From Methanotrichaceae archaeon (lineage in GTDB: Archaea; Halobacteriota; Methanosarcinia; Methanotrichales; Methanotrichaceae), in the NCBI GenBank assembly GCA_963813075.1, contig CAWEXU010000012.1, positions 1-41,356 on the forward strand: a DNA stretch of 41,356 nt, given 5' to 3'. A program made the translations under genes and the position numbers. Under the pieces are notes generated by a model, which saw nothing but the letters and a program-made list of their open reading frames with translations, did not search any database and was not told the DNA's origin. Within the stretch, counting starts at the first letter, position 1, and the number at the start of each line of letters is the position of its first letter. Below, piece by piece: positions 1 to 10,069 of the stretch.

Positions 1-118
1 ATCCGAAAAGGTATAAAGGCATGAGATGCAGGCATGAGAAGACGAGTGTGATAGCGATGCAACCACCGACAAAGGGGGACTGTGCCTTCTGACTGAAGAT
101 CTCTGGGTCATATCTTTC

Positions 119-1270
119 ATGGGCCGGGACAGATCCGGGCTCATACGCGACATTCTGGCTGAGCCCGCCAATCAGAATGTGAACATAGTGGACATGGATC
201 AGAAGGTGATGCAGGGAATCAGCGTCATGACAGTGGTTGCCGATTTCCAATCAGCAAAAGTCACCCCGGAAGGGCTCAAAAAATGGTACCGGGATAATGC
301 AGAGAGCCTGGCCATCGACTCCTCCTTCCTCCCCCTGGATAGGCACCAGGGCCGGCGTCAGGCAGCTAAAGAGCTTTACGTCGTCACCATCCTCGCCAAA
401 GACAGGCCGGGGATCATTCGCGATGTAGCAGACCTGGCCGCCCGGAATGGTGTCAACCTGGAGAGGGCCTCGGTCACCGCCCGGGGTGAGCTCATTTCCA
501 TCGAGTTTTTGATGGACTTTGCCGACTGCACTGCAGAGGACTGCCGGGCACAGCTCAAGAGGGAGTGCGAACGCCTGGGGCTGGATGTCTTCATCCAGGA
601 CCTGGGCCGCTCCCGGAAGGAGAAGAGGCTCATCGTCTTCGATATGGACATGACCATAGTGGACTTCGAGATCATCAACCGCCTGGCCAGCTTCGCCGGG
701 GTGGACGAGCAGGTGAAAGCGATCACCGACCGGGCGATGAACGGCGAGATGGACTTCAAGGAATCCCTCCGCCAGAGGGTGCGCCTCCTGAAGGGAATGC
801 CCTTTTCCACCCTGCAGGAGATCGCCGCCGACCTGCAGCTCACCCCGGGCTCTGAGGAGCTCATCCACCACTTAAAGCAGGTCGGATACAAGATCGCCCT
901 GATCAGCGGCGGATTCACTTACTTTACCGATGTGCTCAAAGAACGCCTGGGATTCGACTATGCCTTTGCCAACGATCTGGTGATCGAGGACGGAGTCCTC
1001 ACCGGGGAGATCAAAGGGGAGATCATCGATGCCGAGGCCAAGGGGCGTATAATCTACCAGCTGGCGGAGAAGGAGAAGATCAGCCCGGACAACATCGTGG
1101 CGGTGGGGGACGGGGCCAACGACTGCCTGATGATCAAGAATGCCGGCCTGGGGGTGGCCTTCAATGCCAAAGAGGTGCTGAAGAAGGTCTCGGACGGATC
1201 GCTATCCAGAGAGAACCTCCTGGGATTGCTGAATGTCCTGGGGCTGGCGGAGAAGGAGAGAGAGGTTTAG
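119..1270 (+). CDS. serB: Phosphoserine phosphatase SerB with two N-terminal ACT domains (true start probably ~30 nt upstream)
   Basis: HAD motifs FDMDMT, LISGGF, AVGDGAND; two ACT repeats (GRDRSGLI, AKDRPGII). The frame is open upstream of the ATG and encodes LTEDLWVISF, the expected first ACT strand. Confidence 0.95.
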   Translation: MGRDRSGLIRDILAEPANQNVNIVDMDQKVMQGISVMTVVADFQSAKVTPEGLKKWYRDNAESLAIDSSFLPLDRHQGRRQAAKELYVVTILAKDRPGIIRDVADLAARNGVNLERASVTARGELISIEFLMDFADCTAEDCRAQLKRECERLGLDVFIQDLGRSRKEKRLIVFDMDMTIVDFEIINRLASFAGVDEQVKAITDRAMNGEMDFKESLRQRVRLLKGMPFSTLQEIAADLQLTPGSEELIHHLKQVGYKIALISGGFTYFTDVLKERLGFDYAFANDLVIEDGVLTGEIKGEIIDAEAKGRIIYQLAEKEKISPDNIVAVGDGANDCLMIKNAGLGVAFNAKEVLKKVSDGSLSRENLLGLLNVLGLAEKEREV

Positions 1271-1371
1271 CCGGGCATCATATTTAAACTGAAATGGGCG
1301 GCAATTCCCGCCTGACCGGCCACAAATCGTGGGAATAGATTTACTTTCTAGGGACACCACTAGTACGACAG

Positions 1372-1605
1372 ATGAAGCCGATAAAGATAATAATAGAGAA
1401 GCATCCGGACGGTTATGTTGCCTATCCTATCGGCGTCAAGGGTATTGTGGTCGGGGAGGGGGATACATACGAAAAAGCCCTTGACGATGTCAAATCTGCT
1501 ATCCAATTCCACATCGAGACATTTGGCGATGAGCAGATGATCGAGGCCCTGAGGGCATTGCGATATGATAAGGTCAGCGATCAATCATCAGAAATCAAAA
1601 AATAA
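1372..1605 (+). CDS. HicB-like antitoxin (partial RNase H fold) with an atypical C-terminus
   Basis: IIIEKHPDGYVAY...GEGDTYEKALDDVKSAIQFHIE is the short HicB/UPF0150 signature; no intact hicA is adjacent. Confidence 0.8.
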   Translation: MKPIKIIIEKHPDGYVAYPIGVKGIVVGEGDTYEKALDDVKSAIQFHIETFGDEQMIEALRALRYDKVSDQSSEIKK

Positions 1606-1620
1606 TGCACTTGAGACGTT

Positions 1621-1800
1621 TTACCTTATGCCTCCTCCCCCGCCCTTGACTGTCTCTGCACCCAGATACTTCTCCGGATTCTCATCAAAGGCCTTCTTGC
1701 ACCCTGGAGCGCAGAAGTAGTACTTCTTGCCCTTGTACTCGCTCACCAGCTTCGCCGTCTTCTCGTCGACGGTCATCTTGCATATCGGGTCTATTGCCAT
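1621..1800 (-). CDS. YHS-domain metal-binding protein (59 aa)
   Basis: MAIDPICKMTVD...YKGKKYYFCAPGCKKAFDENPEKY. The ATG at 1800 lies 5 nt after the copA stop; the ORF track fuses it to a copA fragment only because of a frameshift. Confidence 0.9.
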   Translation of the reverse strand: MAIDPICKMTVDEKTAKLVSEYKGKKYYFCAPGCKKAFDENPEKYLGAETVKGGGGGIR

Positions 1801-1805
1801 CTTCC

Positions 1806-4297
1806 TCATCCTCCAGTGCCCGTAATCCTGATTGCTTTCTTTTTCGTTGCTGGCGGTATATACCTTTTGAGCAGCAGAGAGAGGGTGACCACAGTCACAG
1901 AGGAGAGGGCCATGGCCAGGCCGGCCAGCTCCGGCCGGAAGGTTATGCCATAGATCGGATACAGAACTCCCGCAGCCACTGGAACCAGCAGAGCATTGTA
2001 GGCGAAGGCCCAGAAGATGTTCAGCTTGATTCTGGATATGACCTTGCGGCTGAGCTGAATGGCAGCCACCGCATCCAGACAGGTTGTCTTTCATCAGCAC
2101 GATGTCCCCGGTCTCAATGGCCACATCCGTGCCGCTGCCAATGGCAATCCCCACATCCGCCTCCGCCAGAGCGGGAGCATCGTTGATGCCATCCCCCACA
2201 AAGCCCACCCGGCTTCCTGCCTCTCTAAGCCTTCTGACCTCATGGGCCTTCTCCTCGGGCAGGACCTCGGATAGGGTTTTTCGAATGCCTATCTTCTCCG
2301 CCACTCTGGCCGCGCTGCGAGGATTGTCCCCGGTGATCATCACCACCTCCAGATTCATCCTCTCCAGCTCCTCTACCGCAGAAGCGGCCGAGTCCTTCAG
2401 CTGGTCGGATATGGCCAGAACTCCCGCCGCCTTGCCGTCCACCGCCACCAGCATAGCAGTCATTCCCTCCTCCTCGAAGCCTGAGGCCTTTCTGAGGAGG
2501 TCATCGGGCAAATCGATATTCATCTCCCCAAAGAGAATCCTGTTTCCAGCGACCACGCTCTTCTCGCCAATGCGGGCAACGACCCCCTTTCCGGGAAAGG
2601 CCTCGGAATTGCTCTGCAGCAAGGAGATCAACCCCATCCTCCCCGGCCCGGCGCACCACTGCTTCAGCCAGTGGATGCTCGCTGGGCTTTTCCGCCGATG
2701 CCGTCAGGCGCAGGAGCTCTTTCTCATCCATTCCGCGGGCGAATAGGTCGACCACATCCGGCCGGCCTACGGTCAGGGTTCCGGTCTTGTCAAAGGCCAC
2801 CACATCCAGCCTCTCCGCCGCCTCTAAAGCCTCGCCGCTCTTGACCAGAATACCCAGTTCCGCTCCTCTTCCAATGCCTACAGTAATGGCGGTGGGCGAG
2901 GCCAGCCCCAGGGCACAGGGACAGGCCACCACCAGGACGGATATCAGTGCGGTTAAAGAGAATAGGAGGGTATTGTGGGCGACGAAATACCAGTAGACAA
3001 AGGCCGCTGCAGCGATAGCCAGAATGGTGGGGATGAAGTAAGCCACTATCCGGTCTGCAATCCTCTGCATGGCGGGCCTTGAGCCCTGCGCCTCCTGGAC
3101 CAGCGCTATGATCCCCGCCAGGACGGTATCCTTTCCCACCCTGGTGGCCCTGAAGGTCAATGAGCCGTTCTTGTTCAGGGTCCCACCCACCACCTTCTCC
3201 CCTGCGGCCTTGAAAGCGGGGACGGGCTCTCCGGTGATCATGGACTCATCCACATAGCTTTCTCCCTCCACCACCAGGCCGTCTGCCGGGACCTTCTCCC
3301 CCGGCCGGACCAGGACCAGATCCTCAACCATTACCTCTTCTGCCGCCACCTCGATCTGCCGACCATCTCTTAAGACCGTGGCCCGCCTGGGCTGCAGACC
3401 CACCAACTTGCGGATGGCTTCGGATGTGCGCCCCTTGGCATTAGCCTCCAGGTAGCGGCCCAGGGTCAGAAAGGTGGCGAGCATCACCGCCGTCTCATAG
3501 AACATGAAGTCAGAAGTGAGAACGATCCCGAATGTCCCCAGGATGCTGGAGGCGTAAGCGACGCCAATGCCCATGCCGTACATGACATCCATGTCCAGGA
3601 TTCTGTTAGAAAGAGCCCTTACTGCCGCCTTGAAAATGGGATAGCTGACATAGATGAAGACTGGAAGGGATACGACTAGCATAAGCAGGTTCATGGGATT
3701 GGCGTCGAGAGAGGTGGCGATCTTGTGGGGGATGATATTGTGCAGAGGAAGGTACATCATGGCCATGAGAAGAATGCTGGCTGCAAAGCCGATGATGATC
3801 CGCCGTTTCTTAAGGGAGAGGTCTTTTTCACGCAGCTCCTGCTCTCTTTTCGCCGCCTCTTCTGTCTCCTCTCCGGCCACTCCCAAAAACTGGTATCCAG
3901 AGTCGATGATGGCCTTTTTCATATCATCCAGGCTGACCATGCCGGGATTGTAGGCGACATAGGCCTTCTCTGCCGCCAGGTTCACCCTGACGTCCACCAC
4001 GCCGTCCAGATTGCCTAGAGCTGCTTCTATTGCCCCCACGCACATGGCACAGACCATGCCCCCGATCTTGAGCACAGCCTGCTCTTCGATCACCTCATAG
4101 CCCAGATCGCGAATCGCCTTTTCGATATCAACGAGCTTGAGCTTATCCGGATCGTACTCTACCGTCGCCGTCTCCCTTCCCAGATTGACCAGAACTAGAG
4201 AGACTCCATCCAGGTCCAGGAGGGTCTTCTCAATGGCTGATGTGCAGGCAGCGCACATCATCCCACCAACCTTCAGCTCCGCCTTTTTTCTCGCCAT
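1806..4297 (-). CDS. copA: Cu(I)-translocating P1B-type ATPase, split over three frames (frameshifts near 2605 and 2078)
   Basis: Two GMxCxxC metal-binding domains, TGEP, CPCALGL, DKTGTLT, SEHP (ORF 2501..4297); MITGDN, GDGINDAPAL (ORF 1621..2637); YNALLVP, MALSSV (ORF 1806..2069). Confidence 0.93.
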
Positions 4298-4300
4298 GGA

Positions 4301-4380
4301 TAACTCTTGCTAGCTCTTGGTAGCTCTTGGTAGCTCTAAGTGGCTCTTAGGAGAAATAAGTAGCTCTGGGTGGCTCTAAA
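4301..4380. repeat. Degenerate 10-bp tandem repeat (TAGCTCTTGG-like, about 7 copies) in the fdr-copA spacer
   Basis: taactcttgc tagctcttgg tagctcttgg tagctctaag tggctcttag [gagaaataag] tagctctggg tggctctaaa. Confidence 0.85.
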
Positions 4381-4904
4381 TGAACCTCTCAAACCTCTCT
4401 TTGCCCGCTTTGCAGATGGGGCAGACCTCAGGAGGGCCATCTCTGCCGCAGAGGTAGCCGCAGACAACGCACCTCCAGACGGGCACTGAGAGCTTCTGGC
4501 CGGTGAGGCCGGCTCCACTTCCGGATGCCTGCGTTTGGGCCGTAATTTCTGCCTCTCCTCTAGTGGTGGCCTCCTCTCGGGATGGAACCCAGCTCCTGCT
4601 CGCCCTTCAGCACTGCTTTGGAGACATAAAGAGCGCAGTAGCAGGCCCCGAATTCTGTGACATCCGCATCTCTATAGTTGCAGGGGCAGATGATATCCAG
4701 GTCTTGAGCTTTGTCCTCTCCTGCCAGCCGGCAGGGGCAGGCCCGATAGCCGTACCGCCGCTCGTTTATAATCAGGCCCTTGACCAGACCCTTGACGAAA
4801 TCCACATCGGGATTTAGATTATAACCTCCCTGCTTTGCGTCTTTGACCAGCTGGTTGTACAGCCGATCAATCTCCTCATTCGTGGGCTCCTCAAATTCGC
4901 TCAT
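4376..4904 (-). CDS. Ferredoxin:thioredoxin reductase-like ferredoxin-disulfide reductase (FDR) with a C-terminal rubredoxin domain, frameshifted around 4580-4530
   Basis: FTR catalytic motifs CPCR, CPC, CYC in ORF 4560..4904. Another frame downstream encodes [36 protein letters not shown] (stop 4376-4378), the FTR+rubredoxin layout known from Methanosarcina FDR. Confidence 0.88.
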
Positions 4905-5179
4905 ATCCCCAAAGCCTCCTTGATCTCTTTCTCCCGGAAGCCAATGATCGCCTTTTCCCCAACCACAAGAGTGGGAAAAGATAGGCTGCCATTGTATTTC
5001 TTAACATCGGCTATGGTCTTCGCCCTCTCCTCGCCCTTTAACAGATCCACATAAATGTAGTCAAAGGCGACATCCTTTGAAGAGAGGTATTCCTTGGTCT
5101 TCTTGCACCAGACGCAGGTGCTCAATGCATAGAGCATGACCTTGCCCTTATCCCTACCAGCCATATGTTCAAGACTCAT
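4901..5179 (-). CDS. Glutaredoxin-like protein (methanoredoxin type)
   Basis: LYALSTCVWC active site and SFPTL cis-Pro motif; ATGA overlap with the FDR gene. Confidence 0.9.
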   Translation of the reverse strand: MSLEHMAGRDKGKVMLYALSTCVWCKKTKEYLSSKDVAFDYIYVDLLKGEERAKTIADVKKYNGSLSFPTLVVGEKAIIGFREKEIKEALGI

Positions 5180-5309
5180 AAAATCACTTATCATCAGAAA
5201 ATAGGCTTAGGCAGATAAATAAGTGATTATTACAAAAGAATTGCCCGGCAAAAAGAGTGTCGCCTGCAGTGCAGAAGTGCTGCAAGCGAATTTGCTGGAT
5301 ATTTTCTGA

Positions 5310-6057
5310 TCATAGATAGGGATTGTATGGCTGGCCCTGGGGAGGAGATGGATAGTCGTAGACTGATATGATCGGCCCATCATCGTGTGAGTAGGGGTAA
5401 GGATAGGGATATGGAGATGGATTGGGGCCGGGATTGGGGCTCACCCAGTTGCTCGGGCCGCTGACATAGATGTAGGCATAGTTGCTCCAGCCATTGCAGT
5501 AGAACTGGAGGATGTGCCAGCCAGGGACATCGGCGAAGAACCATCTCTTATACCAGCCTGGATAGTAGACATTTCCGGCATAGTTCGTCTCCAGGGCTCC
5601 ATTGGGATACCACTCATAAAACCAGATGTTTCCCTTGCCGGAGATCTGCATCCATAAGGGCAGGTTGGCATAAAGATAGCAGCCTGCGACGGTCTGGGGA
5701 GCATAAGAGATATAGAGGTTGTTCTGGGTCACCACTCCCGAGGGATAGGTCGCCTGAGGATAGGTCGCCTTGGTAGAGATCGGGCCGGTTGAGGTTGATT
5801 TCAAGCTCTCCGGAGCAGAGGAATAGGCCGCCTGCTCGGTCGACCGGATCATGCCCTGGCCGCTCTCCTGCACAGAAGGAGACTGTCCTGAGGTGGTGGT
5901 AATTGCCGGCACCTCCAGCCCAATGGAATCTGGACTGGTAGGCGTGGCTGGTTTGGGAGCGCCTCCGGTCGTGGTGGTGGAGTAAGTGCCCTCCTGCCCT
6001 AATGATGCGGTGCATAGGAGCATGATCAATGCTACAGCCAATAGAGTCCAGTTTCAT
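5310..6057 (-). CDS. Secreted Ser/Thr/Pro/Tyr-rich hypothetical protein (probable +1 error just after the start codon)
   Basis: Hydrophobic signal (WTLLAVALIMLLC), low-complexity linker, and aromatic beta-rich domain (WFFADVPGWHILQFYCNGWSN). The ATG at 6057 comes into frame if one base is removed. Confidence 0.65.
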
Positions 6058-6192
6058 CAAAGATCACTTTTAGTAATTATTAAAACTGCTTATTTAAATA
6101 GGTTGTCGTCAGGAAGCGAATGATCTTTTGGCCTGAAACACATTCGCTCCGCATCCATCATATTTTTATCTGGACCAAAGAGAGATTACAGC

Positions 6193-7356
6193 GTGATCAA
6201 AGGCAAGGAAGCCTATCTTAAAAAGCTGACCTCCAGCATGTACATCCCATCTCAGGAGGTGGGAACGGAGCTGGATGGCAGCACCCCGCCCTCGGTCTTC
6301 ATCGGCAGCTGGAACTATCCAAAGATCTTCGCTGGACCGATGATCGCTCCCCAGCATGGGGATACGGGAATCATGGACCGGCCGGAGTCCTGGATACCGG
6401 AGAAGAAGTCCCAGGAGGAGATCATAAGATACCGGCTGAACCTTATAAGAGGCAAGAGAGAGGTCAAAGTCACCGACCTTGGTGGCCGGTTCTCGGAAAT
6501 GCTGCGCGACATCTCTCTTTCCAATTCGTCCATTGAGAGCGAGGCTCAGTTCATTAAGGCACCCAAAGGGATGTCCTTTAGCGATGAGCACACTCCCTTC
6601 GGCCCCAGCGCTCCCCTGGAGAGGTTTGAGATCGGCAATGCCAGATGGGATCCAGATCTGGAGAAGGTCTATTTTGACGGGGACCTGAAGGCGGCAGATG
6701 CAGTAGAGGACCTTCACCAGCGGGGCCTGCCCTTCTCCAGTATCCAGAAGGCCTTCTCAGTAGGGGCCATGGGCACCAAAAAGAGGAGGAGGCTGGTTCC
6801 CACCCGCTGGTCCATCACCGCCTGCGATAGCACTTTAGGAAACCGCCTTCTCCAGAAGGTCAGAGACTATGATCCCATTGACTGCTGTCAGGTGAGGGAA
6901 TTCGCCAGCCTGAACAACTACTATGCTGTTCTTCTTCTCCCCACCCTCTGGCAGTATGAGTGGATGGAGGCCTTCCTGCGCATTATGGGAAATGAGGAGC
7001 TATTATTCTCCGATTTTGAGACCAACGGCGGCAAGAGGGGATACTCTCGAGTGGGAGGATGCTACTATTCCTGCAAGATGGCGGTCCTGGAGGCACTGGC
7101 GAAAGAGAGAAGTCAAGCCGGTGCCATCATCCTCAGAGAAGCCTATACCGGCTATGTGCCCCTGGGCGTTTTCAATGTCCGGGAGAACGTGAGAAATGCA
7201 ATGCACCAGAAGCCTCTTGAGTTTGAGGACATGAAAAGCGCGCTGGGATACGTCTCCACAAAGCTTGAGCTTCCAGTTAAGAGGTTCATCTGCCAGAGCG
7301 ATCTTCTCCGGGAAGAGCTGAAGAGCCGGCAGACCACGTTGAGCTCCTTTTCATGA
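6193..7356 (+). CDS. nreA: Archaeal Nre-family DNA repair protein
   Basis: [34 protein letters not shown] and [12 protein letters not shown] motifs; C-terminal PIP box RQTTLSSF. Confidence 0.9.
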   Translation: MIKGKEAYLKKLTSSMYIPSQEVGTELDGSTPPSVFIGSWNYPKIFAGPMIAPQHGDTGIMDRPESWIPEKKSQEEIIRYRLNLIRGKREVKVTDLGGRFSEMLRDISLSNSSIESEAQFIKAPKGMSFSDEHTPFGPSAPLERFEIGNARWDPDLEKVYFDGDLKAADAVEDLHQRGLPFSSIQKAFSVGAMGTKKRRRLVPTRWSITACDSTLGNRLLQKVRDYDPIDCCQVREFASLNNYYAVLLLPTLWQYEWMEAFLRIMGNEELLFSDFETNGGKRGYSRVGGCYYSCKMAVLEALAKERSQAGAIILREAYTGYVPLGVFNVRENVRNAMHQKPLEFEDMKSALGYVSTKLELPVKRFICQSDLLREELKSRQTTLSSFS

Positions 7357-7461
7357 TGCTCTCATCTTTCATGGCATTCTAATCTTTCAGGCATTCCATC
7401 AATATATTTTCATAATATTCTTATCATATTATCCCGTTTATCGGAAACTTACTTTAAGTCA

Positions 7462-8355
7462 TTGATCGAATTATCTGCCATGCCATTCGAAGCTAACAGG
7501 ATTATGAGCGGCGATATGCCGCCAGAGCTCAGGGAGAGAGTGGACAGAATCGCAGAGGAGTTCGTGGCCATTGTCGATCGCCTGGTCGATGAACGCCACC
7601 TGCAGAAGGGAATAGCCAGAATTCAGCTGCCTTGCAGCATAGTGTTCATCCTTGACCGAGATTGGTTTTACATCCTGGGTCAGTTCAGAGTGGAGAACAG
7701 GATTACAGGCTACTATCATAGGCCGGATAAATCGATGAGCCCCCAGAAGATAGCCGACAACGCTAGGTGGGAGTTTGGCTTTGAGGATGCTTTTGTAATT
7801 CAACTACCTGCAGACGTGCTGGAGAAGGGCGCTGATGAGAGGCGCAGCTCTCTGCAGGAGATCGCCTCGAAGCATATAGATGAAGAGTTCCTGAGGCTGG
7901 CTCAACTTCTGAACCTGATACGTACCCGTCCCGTATTTGGCCCGGCCAATTATCCTGTGCAGTCAGGGAGCCTTCTCTTGCTCCTTCCCCGAGATGAAAA
8001 GGCAAGAGTGAATACAGATTTAATCAAAAGAGCGGTTGGGGCCAGCGGCCTTTTAGGCGAAGAGGCGGAAGATATCAGGAACGGAAAGGCTGCCGTCCGG
8101 GAGATATGGCAATCCATCAATCAAGCGGCAGTAATCCTGGCCGATCTGACTGGGGCTGATCCTCAGGTAATGTATTGCTTGGGCATCGCTCATACCCTGG
8201 GCAAGGATACCATCCTCGTTCACCCGCAAAGCTCAAAATACCTGATTGATATTCCCAGAACAGAAAGCATAGAGTATGAGGATAGCGCTCAGGGCAGGGA
8301 AAAGCTGGAGGAGCAGATCAGAGAGACTATGAGCTCCTTAACCGCTTCCCTTTAG
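7462..8355 (+). CDS. Hypothetical protein with a C-terminal nucleoside 2-deoxyribosyltransferase-like domain (start may be the ATG at 7504)
   Basis: IWQSINQAAVILADLTGADPQVMYCLGIAHTLGKDTILV resembles the NDT-like motif IADLTxxNPNVxYELGxAHA. Confidence 0.6.
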   Translation: MIELSAMPFEANRIMSGDMPPELRERVDRIAEEFVAIVDRLVDERHLQKGIARIQLPCSIVFILDRDWFYILGQFRVENRITGYYHRPDKSMSPQKIADNARWEFGFEDAFVIQLPADVLEKGADERRSSLQEIASKHIDEEFLRLAQLLNLIRTRPVFGPANYPVQSGSLLLLLPRDEKARVNTDLIKRAVGASGLLGEEAEDIRNGKAAVREIWQSINQAAVILADLTGADPQVMYCLGIAHTLGKDTILVHPQSSKYLIDIPRTESIEYEDSAQGREKLEEQIRETMSSLTASL

Positions 8356-8498
8356 AAATAAGACTTGGGCTCACCAGGATTCCGGGGCAGGCCATATTCA
8401 TCAAAGCCTATAACGTTATATATGTCCTGCCTTTATACGAAGCTCCGAATCCTAACTCAGGTCTCCAGGCTTCACACGACCCAGGAGGGGAAAAGAGG

Positions 8499-9641
8499 TT
8501 GAAGAAGATAAGGTTGGCAATCGCGGGCATAGGAAACTGCGCAAGCTCCCTAGTTCAGGGGATTGAATATTACAAACATATTGATAAAGAGGATTGCATC
8601 GGGCTGATGCATTATGATATCAACGGCTATAGAGCTGGTGATATTGATGTTGTCGCTGCCTTCGACATAGATGCTCGAAAGGTGGGGAAAGATGTGAGCC
8701 AGGCCATATTTGCCAAGCCCAACTGCACCAATATCTTCTACTCTGATGTCCCCCAAAAAAATATTGAGGTCAAGATGGGGCCTGTATTAGACGGCATTGC
8801 ACCTCACATGATGAACTATCCTGAGGAAAGGAGGTTCGTCCTGGCCGATGCCGAGCCTGTGGATGTCACCCGGGAGCTCGTCGACAGCGGCGCCGACGTG
8901 CTGGTGAACTACATGCCTGTGGGATCGGAGAATGCCACTCGCTTTTATGCTCAGGCAGCTCTTGATGCCGGGGTGGGATTTGTCAATTGCATGCCCGTAT
9001 TCATAGCATCCAATCCCGAATGGGCGACGAAGTTCCAGGAGGCAGGGGTTCCAATCGTGGGAGACGACATAAAGTCCCAGATCGGAGCCACCATTGTGCA
9101 CCGCGCTCTCACTCAGCTGTTCAAGGACCGGGCCTGCATCATGGACAGGACTTACCAGCTTAATATCGGCGGCAATACTGACTTTCTGAATATGCTCAAT
9201 CGCGAGAGGCTCAAGTCCAAGAAGATATCCAAGACCGAGGCAGTTCAATCTATCCTGGACACACCGCTATGCGATGATGATATTCATATTGGCCCCTCGG
9301 ACTATGTGCCATGGCAGAAGGACAACAAGGTCTGCTTCCTGAGAATGGAGGGCAGGATCTTCGGAGATATCCCCATAAACCTGGAGCTGCGCCTGTCGGT
9401 CGAGGACTCTCCCAATAGCGGAGGAAGTGCCATCGACGCCATAAGGATCTGCAAGCTGGCCAAGGATAGAAAAGTGGGAGGGCCGCTGCTGGCCATATCT
9501 GCCTATACCATGAAGCACCCGCCAGTGCAGTATCCGGATGAGCTGGCCAAAGAGATGGTGGAGCAATTCATTCGGGGCGAGGTCACTGAGCAGGAGATCG
9601 TCAGGCCGAAGATGCGCCAGGCGGTAACTTCCGATAATTGA
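8499..9641 (+). CDS. ino1: Inositol-3-phosphate synthase
   Basis: GIGNCASSLVQG, GDDIKSQIGAT, YQLNIGGNTDFLN, VEDSPNSGG; TTG start with purine-rich RBS. Confidence 0.95.
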   Translation: MKKIRLAIAGIGNCASSLVQGIEYYKHIDKEDCIGLMHYDINGYRAGDIDVVAAFDIDARKVGKDVSQAIFAKPNCTNIFYSDVPQKNIEVKMGPVLDGIAPHMMNYPEERRFVLADAEPVDVTRELVDSGADVLVNYMPVGSENATRFYAQAALDAGVGFVNCMPVFIASNPEWATKFQEAGVPIVGDDIKSQIGATIVHRALTQLFKDRACIMDRTYQLNIGGNTDFLNMLNRERLKSKKISKTEAVQSILDTPLCDDDIHIGPSDYVPWQKDNKVCFLRMEGRIFGDIPINLELRLSVEDSPNSGGSAIDAIRICKLAKDRKVGGPLLAISAYTMKHPPVQYPDELAKEMVEQFIRGEVTEQEIVRPKMRQAVTSDN

Positions 9642-9667
9642 GGCTTTTGGCTCTGAATGATTCTGAG

Positions 9668-10000
9668 ATGAGTGAATTGTTCTACCGGATCGTTGATGCT
9701 CCTGAGGTGCAGATGGCACCGGGCCTAAGAAGACGCACCCTTGTGAGCGGAAAAGCTTTGATGATCTGCCGGTTCGATCTGGAATGCGGGGTTGTGATCC
9801 CGGAGCATTCTCATCCCCATGACCAGGCCGGCTATGTGGTCTCGGGCAGAGTCCGGATCACCGTGGATGGAAATAGCCTTGAGCTGGGACCGGGCGACAG
9901 CTACTGTGCTCCCTCGGGAGCGCCACACAGTGCCAGGGCATTAGAAGCGACCGTGGTTGTGGATACCTTCAGCCCGCCCAGAGAGGACTATCTCTCCTAA
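9668..10000 (+). CDS. Cupin-domain protein
   Basis: PEHSHPHDQAGYVVSG, PSGAPH and DTFSPPREDY motifs. Confidence 0.88.
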   Translation: MSELFYRIVDAPEVQMAPGLRRRTLVSGKALMICRFDLECGVVIPEHSHPHDQAGYVVSGRVRITVDGNSLELGPGDSYCAPSGAPHSARALEATVVVDTFSPPREDYLS

Positions 10001-10069
10001 TAGCCTCTTTCACTCACTTTCGCCTCGCAAGCACATCGGTTATAATCCATGAGGCACAATTATATTTGA

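Noticed and set aside
1621..2637. Apparent ATPase-YHS fusion ORF
   Set aside because: Artefact of the copA frameshift: the YHS gene has its own ATG at 1800, and the true copA C-terminus is in ORF 1806..2069.
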